From positions 110,269,225-110,333,224 of the forward strand of contig NC_068983.1 in the NCBI RefSeq assembly GCF_001194135.2: a DNA stretch of 64,000 nt, given 5' to 3'. Below the pieces are notes generated by a model that saw nothing but the letters and a program-made list of their open reading frames with translations, made no database searches and had not been told where the DNA came from. Each line of letters starts with the position of its first letter. Within the stretch, counting starts at the first letter, position 1. The DNA is from Octopus bimaculoides (taxonomy: Eukaryota). The translations under genes and the position numbers were made by a program. Of the stretch, positions 11,149-25,159 are shown in pieces.

Positions 11149-12914
11149 NNNNNNNNNNNNNNNNNNNNNNNNNNNNNNNNNNNNNNNNNNNNNNNNNNNN
11201 NNNNNNNNNNNNNNNNNNNNNNNNNNNNNNNNNNNNNNNNNNNNNNNNNNNNNNNNNNNNNNNNNNNNNNNNNNNNNNNNNNNNNNNNNNNNNNNNNNNN
11301 NNNNNNNNNNNNNNNNNNNNNNNNNNNNNNNNNNNNNNNNNNNNNNNNNNNNNNNNNNNNNNNNNNNNNNNNNNNNNNNNNNNNNNNNNNNNNNNNNNNN
11401 NNNNNNNNNNNNNNNNNNNNNNNNNNNNNNNNNNNNNNNNNNNNNNNNNNNNNNNNNNNNNNNNNNNNNNNNNNNNNNNNNNNNNNNNNNNNNNNNNNNN
11501 NNNNNNATATATATATATATATATGCATATATATTATATATATACATATATATGTATGTATATATATATATGCATATATATATATATATACATATACATA
11601 CATAAACATCTACTTATGTTTATATACATATATACATATATGTGTGCGAGCGCGGTAATTATTTATTTGTTAAATACAAAATCACATTAATTTTAAATGA
11701 CTTCTTTGAAATTGATCCGAACATTCTTATCCCTAAAGCTAGCATAAAATACTTTTCAGGCCTTACATTCTTTTATTAAATACCGGCTTTCCTGGAAACA
11801 CTTAATGTGTGTTAAGAACTATTTAGGCATTTAGTTTGAATTCTAACGGAATCCAATAATATGCCAGCAATGCTTTCTTTAAGTCATTTTCAAAAGTTTT
11901 TAGGAACATTTTACTCTGAGGTAAACACCAAGCAAAGTAATTTGCCTTGATCCCTTCTCGTAGAATTCTATTACAGTATTCTATTTTTAATGATGTTAAA
12001 CAACTCCATTGTTCTTTTCTGTAAATTGAATCATTGATAATGTTAAAGTTCGAAATTATTTAATTTCCCTCTATATGAAACAAATCAATGGTAAATATAT
12101 CTAACAAATTGAATTTTGCTGAAGTAGTAATCGCTTCCTACAATTTCGTTTTAATTGATTTTATTTTACACGAGAACAAATATTCAATGAATTATTCTTC
12201 ATTTGGATATGTCAATATTCGTTTAGATTTCAACTGATGTGGTTGAATAAAAGTGACGTCTTTATAAGATACAATTGCATGCACACACGTAAACGCACGG
12301 GCGGATCCGTTATGTATATGTATGTACATGTTTAAAGGTGTGTGAGCTTCTATGTGTATGTATACATATTTAGTCTATTGAATTGAATGTGCTGGCTAGA
12401 AGTTTTATGTTACTGTAGACGTGTACGTTATTGTAAATCATTTTTATATGATCTTATCCACTGCGTAATATGAAATTAAAAAAGGAAGATAAAAATATTG
12501 CAACTCATATCAATGTATTCGAAAGAAGTAGCGCTGAATAAGTCAAGGATGAATGAAAAATGTATTGCAAAAGAGGAAATAGGAAATAAAAAGAAAATAA
12601 ATGATGAATAAAAGTAGAAGCAGCCGTCACGTCATTACGTATAGTAAAATGTTGCTTATCGAGGAAAACAGGAGATAAAGTTAATCAGATATTGACTTCC
12701 CTTCACTTCGAGTGAAATCAGCTCAATTTACTTATTAATGTTTTGAGAACAAGTTACACAGCACACACACACGCACACACATGCACACACACACACACAT
12801 TAATAACCACAAACGCAGAATGGATCACAACAAATACAGAACCTGCTTGCTGAGCAGAAATGATGCTACATATAGCACGTATTTTATATCCTAACGCACA
12901 AAAGACGTTCAGAT

Positions 12915-12923
12915 ATCTATCTG

Positions 12924-12970
<47 letters not shown>
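12915..12970. repeat. (ATCT)n tetranucleotide microsatellite
   Basis: Read directly from the sequence. Confidence 0.95.
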
Positions 12971-12972
<2 letters not shown>

Positions 12973-13084
12973 GTGTGCGTGTGCATCCGTGTGTATGCAT
13001 AGACATGCAGATTCTTTTTTTCTTCACAGCGAATACATAACCATTAGCAAGCACTCATACATACATAAACACACAAATATGTAC

Positions 13085-13120
<36 letters not shown>

Positions 13121-14841
13121 NNNNNNNNNNNNNNNNNNNNNNNNNNNNNNNNNNNNNNNNNNNNNNNNNNNNNNNNNNNNNNNNNNNNNNNNNNNNNNNN
13201 NNNNNNNNNNNNNNNNNNNNNNNNNNNNNNNNNNNNNNNNNNNNNNNNNNNNNNNNNNNNNNNNNNNNNNNNNNNNNNNNNNNNNNNNNNNNNNTATATA
13301 CGTATGTATGTGCGTACATACGTATGTATGTATTGACTTTCTAAATCAATAATCTTTCAAGATGAAAGTTATAGCAAGTAGCAAGTAAAATTATGAAAAA
13401 CATTCATATTAGCAAACTTCGATTAGATATAATGCAGAATCCGGTAAATGTATGCTTACAATAATACATCTTGTATATTCGCCTGAATGCCTGAATTCAT
13501 AAGACAGTAATGATACGAATCGTCTGCTTTCATGCTATCCAATAATAACGGTTCTATTTGTTTGTTTCGATATTCAATTAAAATGAAGAAAAAATGTAAT
13601 TCGGAAGATCAAGTGTAACTTCTGTCCGTTTAAAGAACTCACTTTGTGACTAAGAATCGTTCCGACAAATTAGCGTGAAGACACTTACGTTACCATCCGA
13701 TAGCAGTTTTAATAAAAGATGAAATAGAGATAGATATGCTTGGGTTGAACTGCTATGCATTTTGAGTGAAAATAAAAGATAAATTCGATTTATTTTTGCA
13801 ATTGATTTTTATTCTCAACTTATTTATTGTATGTTAAATTTTTTTTTGATACTATTCTTTCGACAATGATTTATTCTCTTAAAAGTCAGTAAATTACTAC
13901 TGCAATATATATTTTTTTAATATGAGATTATAGTAGATATAACTTTCGATTGTATAAGTATATTCTTGAATGAATCGTTTGCTTGATAAATGTATTATTC
14001 TTGGAAACGTTCACAGCAAATCACAATATACTTATTCTTGTAAAATGTTCCCCTATTATATTCTGATGAGTTGGAATGATGTGATATGAACTGTTAAGTA
14101 ACTGAAGGTATTAATATAAGGTAATCTGAACTAAATATTGAAATGTCATAACATATGTCTTAGCAAGCATGTTATACTAACTTATCTTGGTTAAATGTTG
14201 TGATCACAATTTCTGCTCACAGTGCTCTACTTTGTGAAACATTATGCAACTGTCGAAGGCAATAAATAAAATTTATGATGGAAAATCAATATTCGTCTTT
14301 CCTTTCACTCGAAATGCATTTGGAAATGAATCAGTACAAACGGATCAGAAAAAAATATCACTCTAGATACCTCTCTGAGAAAAAAAAAAATTCAATGATA
14401 TCGCTGGGAGTTAACATATTGGTGTTCTTTAATTAGAAAGTTTGTTTATTTTTAGACATAATTTTTATTCAGACATGAAAATATCTCAGAATCTGACCAC
14501 TTGCTTGGTTGAAAACTGATAATGCAAATGTTTGTTTGCTAAAGTCAGTGTATAATGAAAACAAACTTATTCAACTAGACAATTTTTAATGGAAAACGAT
14601 ATCAATGATGAAGCTTAACAAAAATATAATCGAGAATCCGGTAAATACTCTCTTTAAAAGAGTGGCAGAATATAGCTGTTTTGCACCTATTTGCAGATGG
14701 ATATGAATTTTGGAACGAAGTTTGAAAAGATTCTGCCTTTTATTTGCTATAAATCTTTTCAGTTTTTAAACACTCACATGTATGTGTATATATGTATACA
14801 TGCATATATTTATACATGCATATATGTATACATGCATATAT

Positions 14842-14882
<41 letters not shown>

Positions 14883-14915
14883 NNNNNNNNNNNNNNNNNN
14901 NNNNNNNNNNNNNNN

Positions 14916-14975
<60 letters not shown>

Positions 14976-17364
14976 GGTTTCTGTATATGTACATATTCAT
15001 ATGTATAAATATATATAACTATGTGTGAATGTATATGTATGTAAATATACATACATATATGAAGAATGTCACAGTTGGATTAAGGTTCACAACAGCTGTT
15101 TCAGACGTGTTCTTTATTGATGAACAAAATTGTTTCATTGTGTAAAAAAAAAAAACGTTTTGTTCAAGTGAATTATGTGTAAAATGTTAGCACCTGGGAT
15201 TCTTGACATAAATAAAACAGGTTACAGCTGAGACAGTGAGTAGTGGATGCTGTCTCAAAGTATATATGCATGGTAATAAGTTAATGAATTCGTTTAAAAG
15301 ATTAAACCAAAGGAAAAGAAGGGAAATAGGATTCTCTTCTTTTCCTTCCACTGTTATTGTGTATTCTTCACCACACATGGAACCTTCCTTGTATCTGGAA
15401 CCTATAGTCGACTATGGAATATGTGCTGTTTGACTTTGCGTACACCTTGTGTATTTGGTTAGTACATGTGAATGTATGCATCACTGGAGGGACAAATACG
15501 TATTTATTTTAGTAACTACGTGTATGTCCATACACGTTGTTAGTGCACAGGCACGCTATCTCCGACTCTACCATGGTACCTTTGTTATTTAAATATCTTG
15601 ATTCTATCGGATACTGAAAATTTTTACACACAGACGCATACGTGCGCGCGTACACACACAGGCACATACACATACACATACACACACACGCATGCACGCA
15701 CAAATACACGCACACACAAACACACAAACACACTTGAAATACAGGGATAGTTATTTTAAATAAAAGCTTCAAGCATATTATATGAAGTATTCGCAATGTA
15801 ATTTTTTTGGCATGTTATAATTAATTTATGTATGTGATTTGAGTGGTTATAAAATTAAATCGCTTTATATTTACTCTCCTTTTTGACCAATTGGAATCAT
15901 TGACAAGAAAGCCAGCTTCAAAATTACTGATGAGAGTATATGGAATATCGTGACAATAATTTCTTTCTCAGTACATTAGTAGCATAATTGAAGTAGCTTT
16001 ATCAAATATTTTATAGATAGTTGCTGACAGAGAGCTTACCTAGTCAAATATCATCGAATATTAGTTCAATATCGTAATAGCTAAAATCGAAAAAATACAA
16101 ACAAGTACACAATTCTTACTTCAAAGATTACCAAATTCAAAATCCTCGCAAAACAGCAAATAAATATTTCAGACAAGTTACTTCAAAGGAAAAATTTCAA
16201 AATGAAACTTATTGTTGAATACAAGTTGCGTCCAGAATCAATCTAAGTTCGGGAAAAAAATTCCGATAATACTGCATACTGAGAAAAAGCAAAAATACTA
16301 AGTACAAACAAAGTGGAGATGCCAAGCAGATTCTGATATTCTGAGACAGTTTATGCTAATCCAACATCACTCAAACTAGCTAAGATACTACTTTGAGTAA
16401 CTGAAGTATTGTGACGGATTGATACAATTATGTCAAAAGTTTTAATACAATTTTTATTGAATAAGCGACACAGATTCGATACAGGTCAGACATTTAAAAT
16501 GAGTCTATTGTGTATCGTGTTTTTTAATGGCTTCAATATAAGAATTTCGATCAAGCATTTCTTCAAATGAAACTGTAATCTCAATACTTCAAGGCATTGA
16601 TATTTTTACCCAGTGATAGTAAACCGTATCTTACGAATGATATATTTTACGGTTATCAGATCGGTACATTTGTAATGGCACACTAGGTGACATGTGTCGG
16701 GTAACCCACCTAGAACGTAGTGTTGGAAAATTCAATATCAAAACTCATTTTGTTTGAATACTAAATTATCGTTTCGTATATGTTATTACCCCAATATTAT
16801 GCTAATGCAAATCTTTTTAAAATACGGTACATTAATTTGTTTCGTTTCGCAAATTAAAATAATTCAATTTTAAACACAATTTAACAAGCTTACTAATTGA
16901 TTATAATGTTTATCTCATGCAAATTGTTATGAAAATAAGAAATGATTTAAGATATACAAATAAGGCTTTTAACAAAAGGCTATAATTATATAGCTATACA
17001 ATATTATGCTTACATGCACACGCAAAATGTATGCAACCTTTCAAATTTCTTTCATGTATGGGGTTGTATGTGCATGTTCCTTATTGGTTATTTATAAGGT
17101 CGGGTATTAGTAATAAAAGTAGTTTACACGGCCGACAATATGGTTGGTAGATTGCAATTGGGGCTACAAGGTTGTGGGTGAGATTAATGTTCAACTAGAT
17201 ACATATTAATCTTGAAACAGGTGACTTTGTATGATTCATATTTGGGGATTTATTGAATTATTTCTAATTCCTCTCCAAAAGAAATGCTTGTCAGTGACAA
17301 CAGTTAAAGAGCAGTTTAGATTGTGCGATATCACAGACTCTTTTAGCATCTGAAACATTTACGA

Positions 17365-17640
17365 TACGTATGTATTCCGTCGGTTACGATGACGAGTGTC
17401 TCAGATCAACGGAAGAGCCTGTCCGTGAATTATGGATTGCAACTGGCTGAGCAGTCAAGGAGAGTCAACGTAGCACAGAATGTGACAAGTTTGGTCCCTT
17501 GAAATACAGATACTACTCAATTTTGCCAGCTTAGTGAACTAGAATAATGTGTAATAAAGTGTCTTGCCGAAGGACACAACGAGTAGCCGGGTATAAAACT
17601 CACGACCTTACTATCATGAAGAGAATAGCCAAACCACTAA
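17365..17640 (-). mobile_element. Degenerate tRNA-derived SINE with CORE-like central domain
   Basis: + strand GCCAGCTTAGTGAACTAGAATAATGTGTAATAAAGTGTCTTGCCGAAGGACACAAC resembles the CORE-SINE block. The tail ATTCCGTCGGTTACGATGACGAG..GATCAACGGAAGAGCCTGTCCGTGAA is homologous to the tail of the SINE at 35811-36195. Confidence 0.7.
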
Positions 17641-17884
17641 ACCCCCATTTCTCGTAAGCTTATTCTAAATTACCTAATGTGTAATTATTACATAAGAACA
17701 CGAAATAGCTCTTTCACTGATACTCTATGTTAATATAGGCTGAATATAGATATACCATACGTAAAAGAATGCTTGTTATATTAATAACTTCCAATGACGT
17801 ATTGAATTTGCACTGTGGGTGCATGGTTGTATGTATTTATTTTTCTAAGTACATTTGAGTTTATATTTATATTTTACATTTATG

Positions 17885-18395
17885 GGAAGGGAATAGCTGA
17901 TTTCATGGACTCCAGTATTTGACTGGCATTTATTTCACTAACCTTTAAAGGATAAAAGACAATGTCAATTTTGGCGGAAGTTGAACTCGGAATTTAAAGA
18001 TGGACGAAATTACTTTATGCATTTGTACGACGTATTAACGATTCCACCAGCTAGACGCCTTTCCATCATAATGATGGGTTTGGAATTTCTAATTTTGGCA
18101 ACAGACTAGTAATTTCAGTGAAGTAGATAAGTCAGTTAAATCGATACCAGTTCTCAACTGTTAATTTTTTATCGACGCCGAAAGGACAGAAGGCTAGTCG
18201 ACGACAGCGGAATTTGAACACAGAACTTTTAGTCGAGCGAAATGCTATTAAGCATTTACTACACACCTAGTAATCATTTCTAGTTTATGCACAAAGCCTG
18301 AAAATTTAAGGGCAGCGCTAGTCGATTACATCAATCCCAGTGCTGAACTGGTATTTATTTCATCGACCCCGAAAGGAGGTAAGGCAAATTATACA
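17885..18395 (-). mobile_element. Three tandem degenerate copies of the abundant tRNA-derived SINE (about 17885-18062, 18075-18260, 18275-18395)
   Basis: The block ..CCAGT..ACTGG..TTTATCGAC(C/G)CCGAAAGG..GGCGGAA(T/G)TTGAAC(T/A)C recurs. Its reverse complement carries a B-box-like GAGTTCAA. Confidence 0.75.
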
Positions 18396-19799
18396 ATACG
18401 ATATATATATATATATANNNNNNNNNNNNNNNNNNNNNNNNNNNNNNNNNNNNNNNNNNNNNNNNNNAGATTGGCCTGACATAGTTATGTGCCGCTCTTG
18501 GATGATATATAGTTTGCCGATATAATTTTTTGTTATTATTACTTTACAAATAGTTCTTTGTTTTACTGAACTTTACTTTATAAATAAACCAACTCAGATA
18601 TAATTAGACGTGTGTGTGTGTGTGTATGTATGTGTGTGTATGTGTGTGTGTGGAGGGTGACTATGGAGTGAGAAACACGGCAGTTGTCCTCTTGACTTCA
18701 GATAACTCACTGCATTAATGGCAAGTTAATTTTGGGGAAAATGTTTGATTTTTGAGATTATCTAGCCTTATTATTTGATGTTGGTAATGTCCACGAAGCT
18801 ACTGGTCTCCAGAAATGGAGATGATTTCCATAAATCACGTATTTATCTCATTTAACATACACCTTTTTTTTGGATGTTGAGATACATACATCTTGTCACA
18901 CTGAATTCCTTTTTCTTTCACACACACACATACACACACACACACATACACACACACAAACAAACACACACACACATGCATACACACACCTTTCTGTCGT
19001 TATCTATCAATCTATATGTTTATACATACATACATAAATGCATGCATACATATATACACATACAAACACACATACAGAGAGAGAGAGAGGGATAATAAAA
19101 AAAGATAGACAGAGATAGATAGATGTATATTATAATATGTATATACATTCATACACAATATAATTATATGTATATACATACATACACAAACACACACACA
19201 AACAACACACACACATACACAAACACACATATATACACATATATATGTACGTTATGCATCACAGCTCTAAAGCCATTCAAAAGATTTGCTGAATATATGT
19301 TACAAATAACATTTTATATATAGTGAACAAATATGTTATGTGACTCAATCGTGACATTGTGATAAGTTAAATGGTGGAAAGAGAGTAATTTCGTGTGGGG
19401 GTTTGAATAATTTCTGCTAAGTAAAGGGAGTAAGTTATATTAAGGGTTGAATAATATTTATTTGATGGGAGTTATTGCAGGAGGTAAAGTAATGCAGTGG
19501 TGATAGAGATCATAACCGTCATGGAAGATGGAATTTGCATTTTGTATTTTCATTTGAAACATTATACGGTCACCTGTCTCACTTTCTCTCTTTCTCTCTT
19601 TCTCTCTCTCTCCCTTTATATACACACACATACACACTCACACACACACATGTATATAACAAAAACTTGCATTATACATATGGTCCCATTACCAAAGAAA
19701 AGCTTTGATGGTAAGTCTCGAATCGCACTTGATCAAACCAACTCCAACGACTAGACATTCCGTTTGACTGTATGACCAGTGGAACTACTTCTACTTACA

Positions 19800-20160
19800 G
19801 GTGTGCAGGTGTTTGCTGGTGTTTTAAAGTCAATGTTTCGGATGCACAGAATACCCTAGACTGGTGAAAAATTTTCATCAAAGAGCGGGCAAACACTGAA
19901 TTCTTACCTCTGCTTCCTTGGCTATATGTATCCATCAAAAAGTCTTTCGATATAAACTCAGAAAAAATCTGGATTTCATAACATTAAAAAATTTGGCATT
20001 GTTCTCGACATCGTTCTGGCAACTTTTGCAGCAACAAGTCCCAACTGTAGGAGAGATTGCATTTCCTTTGGTCTACATCATTGGAGTAGAGCGGGGGGTT
20101 ATGCTATTTGTGTCATTGTTGATCCCTCGTAGCAACACTTTCTCGATCTGTGTCCTCTAA
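19800..20160 (+). mobile_element. LINE reverse-transcriptase fragment (RTE-like)
   Basis: Degraded motifs IKKSFDINSEKIW (cf. KKAFD), KFGI and IGVERGVML..TFSI (cf. GVRQGCVLAP.LFSI). Confidence 0.5.
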
Positions 20161-20229
20161 AGGACATTCTAACATCGTCTCACCACGATAGCACAACATA
20201 GATAGCAACAGTTAACCTGCATTGACATA

Positions 20230-20930
20230 GAAAAATGCCTCGTGGAGGAAGTGACCATCGTATTACCTTCGGCAGCTGCGGTCCTTTCAAGCTGGGCAGG
20301 TCCGCGCAAACAAGGTGCTGTCCCGGTATTGTTCACTCGAGACACTGGTTGCATGGAACTTATGGATACATGTAGGCTGAATCATAGATGTTAAATATAG
20401 CAGCAACTACATTAAAAAGAAGGCCGTGCACAGATTAGGACGTTGCGATGTACACACCACGTAGATCGGATTACTTCCTGAAGAGTTAACGCACGGAGGC
20501 AGCAGTAATTAACAACAAACTGCTAAAGTTACAAGACTATTTGCAATACAATACGCTTTACTGAGTCAGGATCTTTACATGTAAGATATAGTTTTAGCAG
20601 CAAGGAGAAAGTCTAGACGAAACTACAAAATATGCTGTTGGATTTGCTGTTATAATTTCATTGAAGGAAAATTCCAGTGAAAGAATGACTGCACCAGTTT
20701 TCTCATTTGATTCCATACATCCGATGGATTTCTCTTATCGCTTTTTATCGGTATTTATACTCTAACCGTCTACTCTACATAAAATGCAAATGTCTAATTC
20801 CATGAAGAAATTTTAATGACAATTCTGGTGATACCAGATCAGGAAACACCACAAATATTTTGAAACTTCAACGCTAGAGTGAGAGCCAACCATACACTGT
20901 GTCTATAGTAGAAAGAAGTATTGTGTAGTA
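20230..20930 (+). mobile_element. RTE-like LINE 5' region and APE endonuclease fragment
   Basis: A GC-rich leader is followed by AWNL (cf. TWNV), YAVGFA (20631-20648, cf. GVGFA), ERMT and NFNARVRANH (about 20864-20893, cf. DFNARVG), in the expected order. Confidence 0.6.
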
Positions 20931-21984
20931 AACTGCATGAAGTATAGTATTTACAGATGAAACAATATCCTTAACATAATTTTCATATTTTCTAACACTT
21001 ATGATTTCTCATGCTTCGCATAATCTTCAGTATTCGAATAGAAAGTGAGGTCAATAGATATATAGTTCTAGTAGCATTATTAGAAGTCTGTAATGTAGCC
21101 GAATATCACAGCAAAACAAATCTTCAGTTTTTTAAAAAAATATTTTTAATATACGGTAGTTATATGTTGCATGTGAATTAGATGAATACTGTTTTAGAAG
21201 CTGCTAAATGGGAACTTTTGGATTTTCAAGAATATTTTCTTCTATCTAGGAGGTATCTGGCAAATGAAATATTCGTCAATTCATATTTGATTTTAGCACA
21301 TCTGCAGTTTTAATAGTAATATGCGTCTTAGTAGCTTTGTCCTTTAAAATGGTGATATTTCATTCAAAGATATTTTGGTATTTAACCGGCATGAAGTTGA
21401 GCTGGGAAGAACTTACATGTATAAAACTTGACCAACGCTCAAATATTCACGGCCTTGAAGGAAATAAAAATACACAAAGAGACAATTTCTTTCCAGTAAA
21501 TAACAATTTAATGCTAAATTTAGCATATAAATTCAGAGTTTACATTTTCATTTATAAATGTTTTAAAACTGGAATCGAACTATTCTTCAAAGTAGCGAGG
21601 ACGAATACTCCCATACAGAAACACACACATCAATCTTTATTTCCTATTTCTATGGGTGGAAAATTAAAATTTAGACTAAAAAACATTGTAAACAAGTAAA
21701 TTGATAGATGTATATATCTACAGAATACCTTATCACATTGGAAAATGAAGTACACAAATGAACATAACACTGACATAAGTCTCATATTTAACAGCATCTT
21801 TCGGATGAGACTTTGATTTTTGTATGTAAATTTCAGTACAGACTGGAACGAAATTCTGCGTCACTGACTTCGCTCACTGGTTGTGGTCTTTTGCTCAGTA
21901 ATGTGCCGAAAAGTTATACAATAGCTTTAATAAATTACCGTATTGAATATTTTCTCTTCTCGAAACAAGGCAAATGATAGAATG

Positions 21985-22110
21985 GTTAGAACAACAGACA
22001 GACTGCCTTACATTATTTAGTTTCGTCCCTCTATGCTTTGTGCCATACTCCCATCGGAATTAACTTTACGTTTCATCCTTCTGTAATCGATAAAATAAGT
22101 ATATGGCATA
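21985..22110 (+). mobile_element. Degenerate tRNA-derived SINE
   Basis: GATAGAATGGTTAGA..TTTCGTCC..TTTCATCCTT..TCGATAAAATAAGTA is homologous to 31534-31770. Confidence 0.55.
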
Positions 22111-22954
22111 TACTGCTATTATTTTAACTGACTATCCCCTCCCTGGAAACTTTTACAGCAAAGAAATCAATAGTTTGTGGTTATATATTATTGGTGAAAA
22201 TCACACTCGAATAGTACATTTTGCATTCAAGTGGTATTACAGAACAAAAATGTGATACATTAGAATATCTACCAAAAGAAATAAACAGCAAATTATTTTG
22301 AAAATTGTCTATTGTGAGAAGGACGCAAGAGTTTTGAAAAGAAAATATTATACACCATCATGAACAGAAACAATAAAACTGAATGAAAGTCTTCGCTTAT
22401 TTATTATAGTGCCAATTTATGTATCTCTTTATAAAATCTTTGCAACAGCATTTGAAAATATTAATAACGCATTGCATTTGTGTAACAATCTATTTAGAGA
22501 AGGATTTCGGTTTCCTTTTAATGATCCGTAGTTTGTAAGAAGTCGAAACAATACAGCACTATCATAAAACAACTTGCTATTGACTATTGCATTAGTTGTT
22601 TGTCGTTAACAGGCGCTGTTAATCCAGCTTTCTCTTAATGCCTGCAAACAGAGATTGATAAACAGAACGGACAGTGGAAAAGTAACGTTCTCTTTGAGAA
22701 CGAATTAGATTGGAAACTTTTAAAAAGTGATTCTTGGGACTAATGTAAAGATGTGAAGAAGATTATTTGTTGAAAAGACGATCATAACGAATTCAGGATC
22801 ATAGGAGAGAATATATTGAAGAAACTGAAACAAGAGAATGAAAGGGAAAGACAAGAAAAAAAGGATAAAGGTGACATGCTGCAGAGAGCACATCAAGGTG
22901 TTTTGCAGGAGATAAAGGCAAGAGAAGACAATGAGAGAATATATACTGATTTCA

Positions 22955-23113
22955 AATATTTTGTTCAAGGCCAGCAAATTCAGAGGAAGAGTAAGTCAAT
23001 TATATCGCCTCAGTGAACAACTGGTACTTATTTTATTAAACGCGAAAGGATGAAAGGTGGAATTTGAACTCAGAACGGAAAACGTGGCAATGATTCTGCT
23101 TGCTCTTCACCTT
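22955..23113 (-). mobile_element. Degenerate tRNA-derived SINE
   Basis: CAAGGCCAGCAAATT..CTGGTACTTATTTTATT..GAAAGGATGAAAGG..GAATTTGAACTCAGAACG; same family as 17885-18395. Confidence 0.75.
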
Positions 23114-24348
23114 AACAAGAGTATACTTATTGAAAATCTAAAGTTTACTTCATTTTCTGCATATCGAATTCTTAGATGTACAAAATGACGAATGTATATG
23201 AAACAGAAATGTAATTGGTTCGTATTAAGCATATTTGTAGGACATAAGGCGACATCACACGAGGTATTTAGTTCCAACTGTGAATCGCAATAGTGTCTGA
23301 TAGATTTAGTGCATAGTGAAATATAATCATTTACACAATTATTTTACACGTAGGTATACATGATGCATACATGCATACATACACACGTACATATGTATAT
23401 GAGTATGTATATAACTATTCAGTATTGTATAACAACACACTCACGCGCGCGTGTACCATGAAATTGAGCGGACACGTATTATCTTTGAGTTCTGTACATT
23501 TTACGATTTTAGAGAATTAGTCTAAAGTTTAATGTAATTCAGCTATAATTAACTTGTCCGTTTTCAAACACCTAATTCTATTAGGTTTCTACTAATATTT
23601 ATTCTATTCATATTTCAATAATAATCTTTCACGATAATTTAGTTATTTAGATAGTCTTGTACGTTATTGGATACTATGAAGTTAAATTTTACCAATTTTC
23701 GGCTTGTATATACAATACAGTATAATATAATATATATGTATATATGTATATGTATATGTATATATGCATATATATATATATATATATANNNNNNNNNNNN
23801 NNNNNNNNNNNNNNNNNNNNNNNNNNNNNNNNNNNNNNNNNNNNNNNNNNNNNNNNNNNNNNNNNNNNNNNNNNNNNNNNNNNNNNNNNNNNNNNNNNNN
23901 NNNNNNNNNNNNNNNNNNNNNNNNNNNNNNNNNNNNNNNNNNNNNNNNNNNNNNNNNNNNNNNNNNNNNNNNNNNNNNNNNNNNNNNNNNNNNNNNNNNN
24001 NNNNNNNNNNNNNNNNNNNNNNNNNNNNNNNNNNNNNNNNNNNNNNNNNNNNNNNNNNNNNNNNNNNNNNNNNNNNNNNNNNNNNNNNNNNNNNNNNNNN
24101 NNNNNNNNNNNNNNNNNNNNNNNNNNNNNNNNNNNNNNNNNNNNNNNNNNNNNNNNNNNNNNNNNNNNNNNNNNNNNNNNNNNNNNNNNNNNNNNNNNNN
24201 NNNNNNNNNNNNNNNNNNNNNNNNNNNNNNNNNNNNNNNNNNNNNNNNNNNNNNNNNNNNNNNNNNNNNNNNNNNNNNNNNNNNNNNNNNNNNNNNNNNN
24301 NNNNNNNNNNNNNNNNNNNNNNNNNNNNNNNNNNNNNNNNNNNNNNNN

Positions 24349-24430
<82 letters not shown>
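24349..24430. repeat. (TAA)n microsatellite at gap edge
   Basis: Read directly from the sequence. Confidence 0.95.
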
Positions 24431-24962
24431 GCTCTCGTGGCTTTTGATCTTAACTGATTGGAAGTGTTATCATGTACATTATTTCGTCTTGGTATAAAAG
24501 ATGGGCTGCACCAAATATTCTGCTCAATACCACAGATTTGCCTGTCAGTTGTTTGACCTTAACCAGTTGTGCATGTCCCTGGTGGCTGATGAAATGTGCA
24601 TCTCTGAGCATGTGCAGAGTTTAGTGGGGGAACATCATAGTCATGTGTTGAGAGGAATTCTTTCAGCTTTGGATAATTCACCTTTGGAAACATAGGTGTT
24701 TCGTTCAACAGCCTTAAACAACCGTTATTCAGAGACCTTTTGGGCGGAATGGGATACTCGACCTGAAGAAAATTTTAACTGGGCTCCACTTGTAAGGTCA
24801 TGTGCTGTTAATCTTGATATGAGAACACCATGTCGCGCACATATGGCTGTGATTCATGTACCTGGTGTACCCTTATCAGACGGGTAGTCATGATAGGTAT
24901 ATTGGGCTTCATATGTTTTACCCCAGTGTCACTTTAATGATATGTACTATTCTCTCACTCAG
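24431..24962 (+). mobile_element. Non-coding ~530-bp interspersed repeat ending in CTCTCACTCA-(TAA)n; probable retroposon 3' portion
   Basis: It is bounded on both sides by TAA tracts, is GC-richer than the flanks and has no meaningful ORF. I recall it as a recurrent cephalopod repeat, which is unverified. Confidence 0.55.
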
Positions 24963-24969
24963 TAATAAT

Positions 24970-25017
<48 letters not shown>

Positions 25018-25019
25018 TT

Positions 25020-25137
25020 ATTTTTTTCTACGGAAGGCACAAAGCTTAAAATTTGGTGGGAGAGGACTAGTGGATTACATTCACCCCAATATTTCACTGG
25101 TACCCATTTTATCGACGTCAAAGGGATAAACGGCAAA
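25020..25137 (-). mobile_element. SINE 3' fragment
   Basis: GGCACAAAGCTTAAAATTTGGTGGGAGAGGACTAGTGGATTACATTCACCCCA..CTGGTAC..TTTTATCGAC matches the SINE family tail seen elsewhere in the window. Confidence 0.7.
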
Positions 25138-25159
25138 TAATAATAATAATTACAACAAC

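Noticed and set aside
20230-20340. Possible HDV-like ribozyme at the RTE leader (CCTCGTGG)
   Set aside because: I could not build the nested P1/P2/P3 pseudoknot.
22816-23016. ORF with LQRAHQGV, resembling the Gypsy integrase zinc-binding region
   Set aside because: It is a single weak motif in purine-rich sequence and the ORF runs into a SINE.
24685-24790. GAAA..CTGAAGA arrangement suggesting a permuted hammerhead
   Set aside because: Stems I and II do not pair in register.
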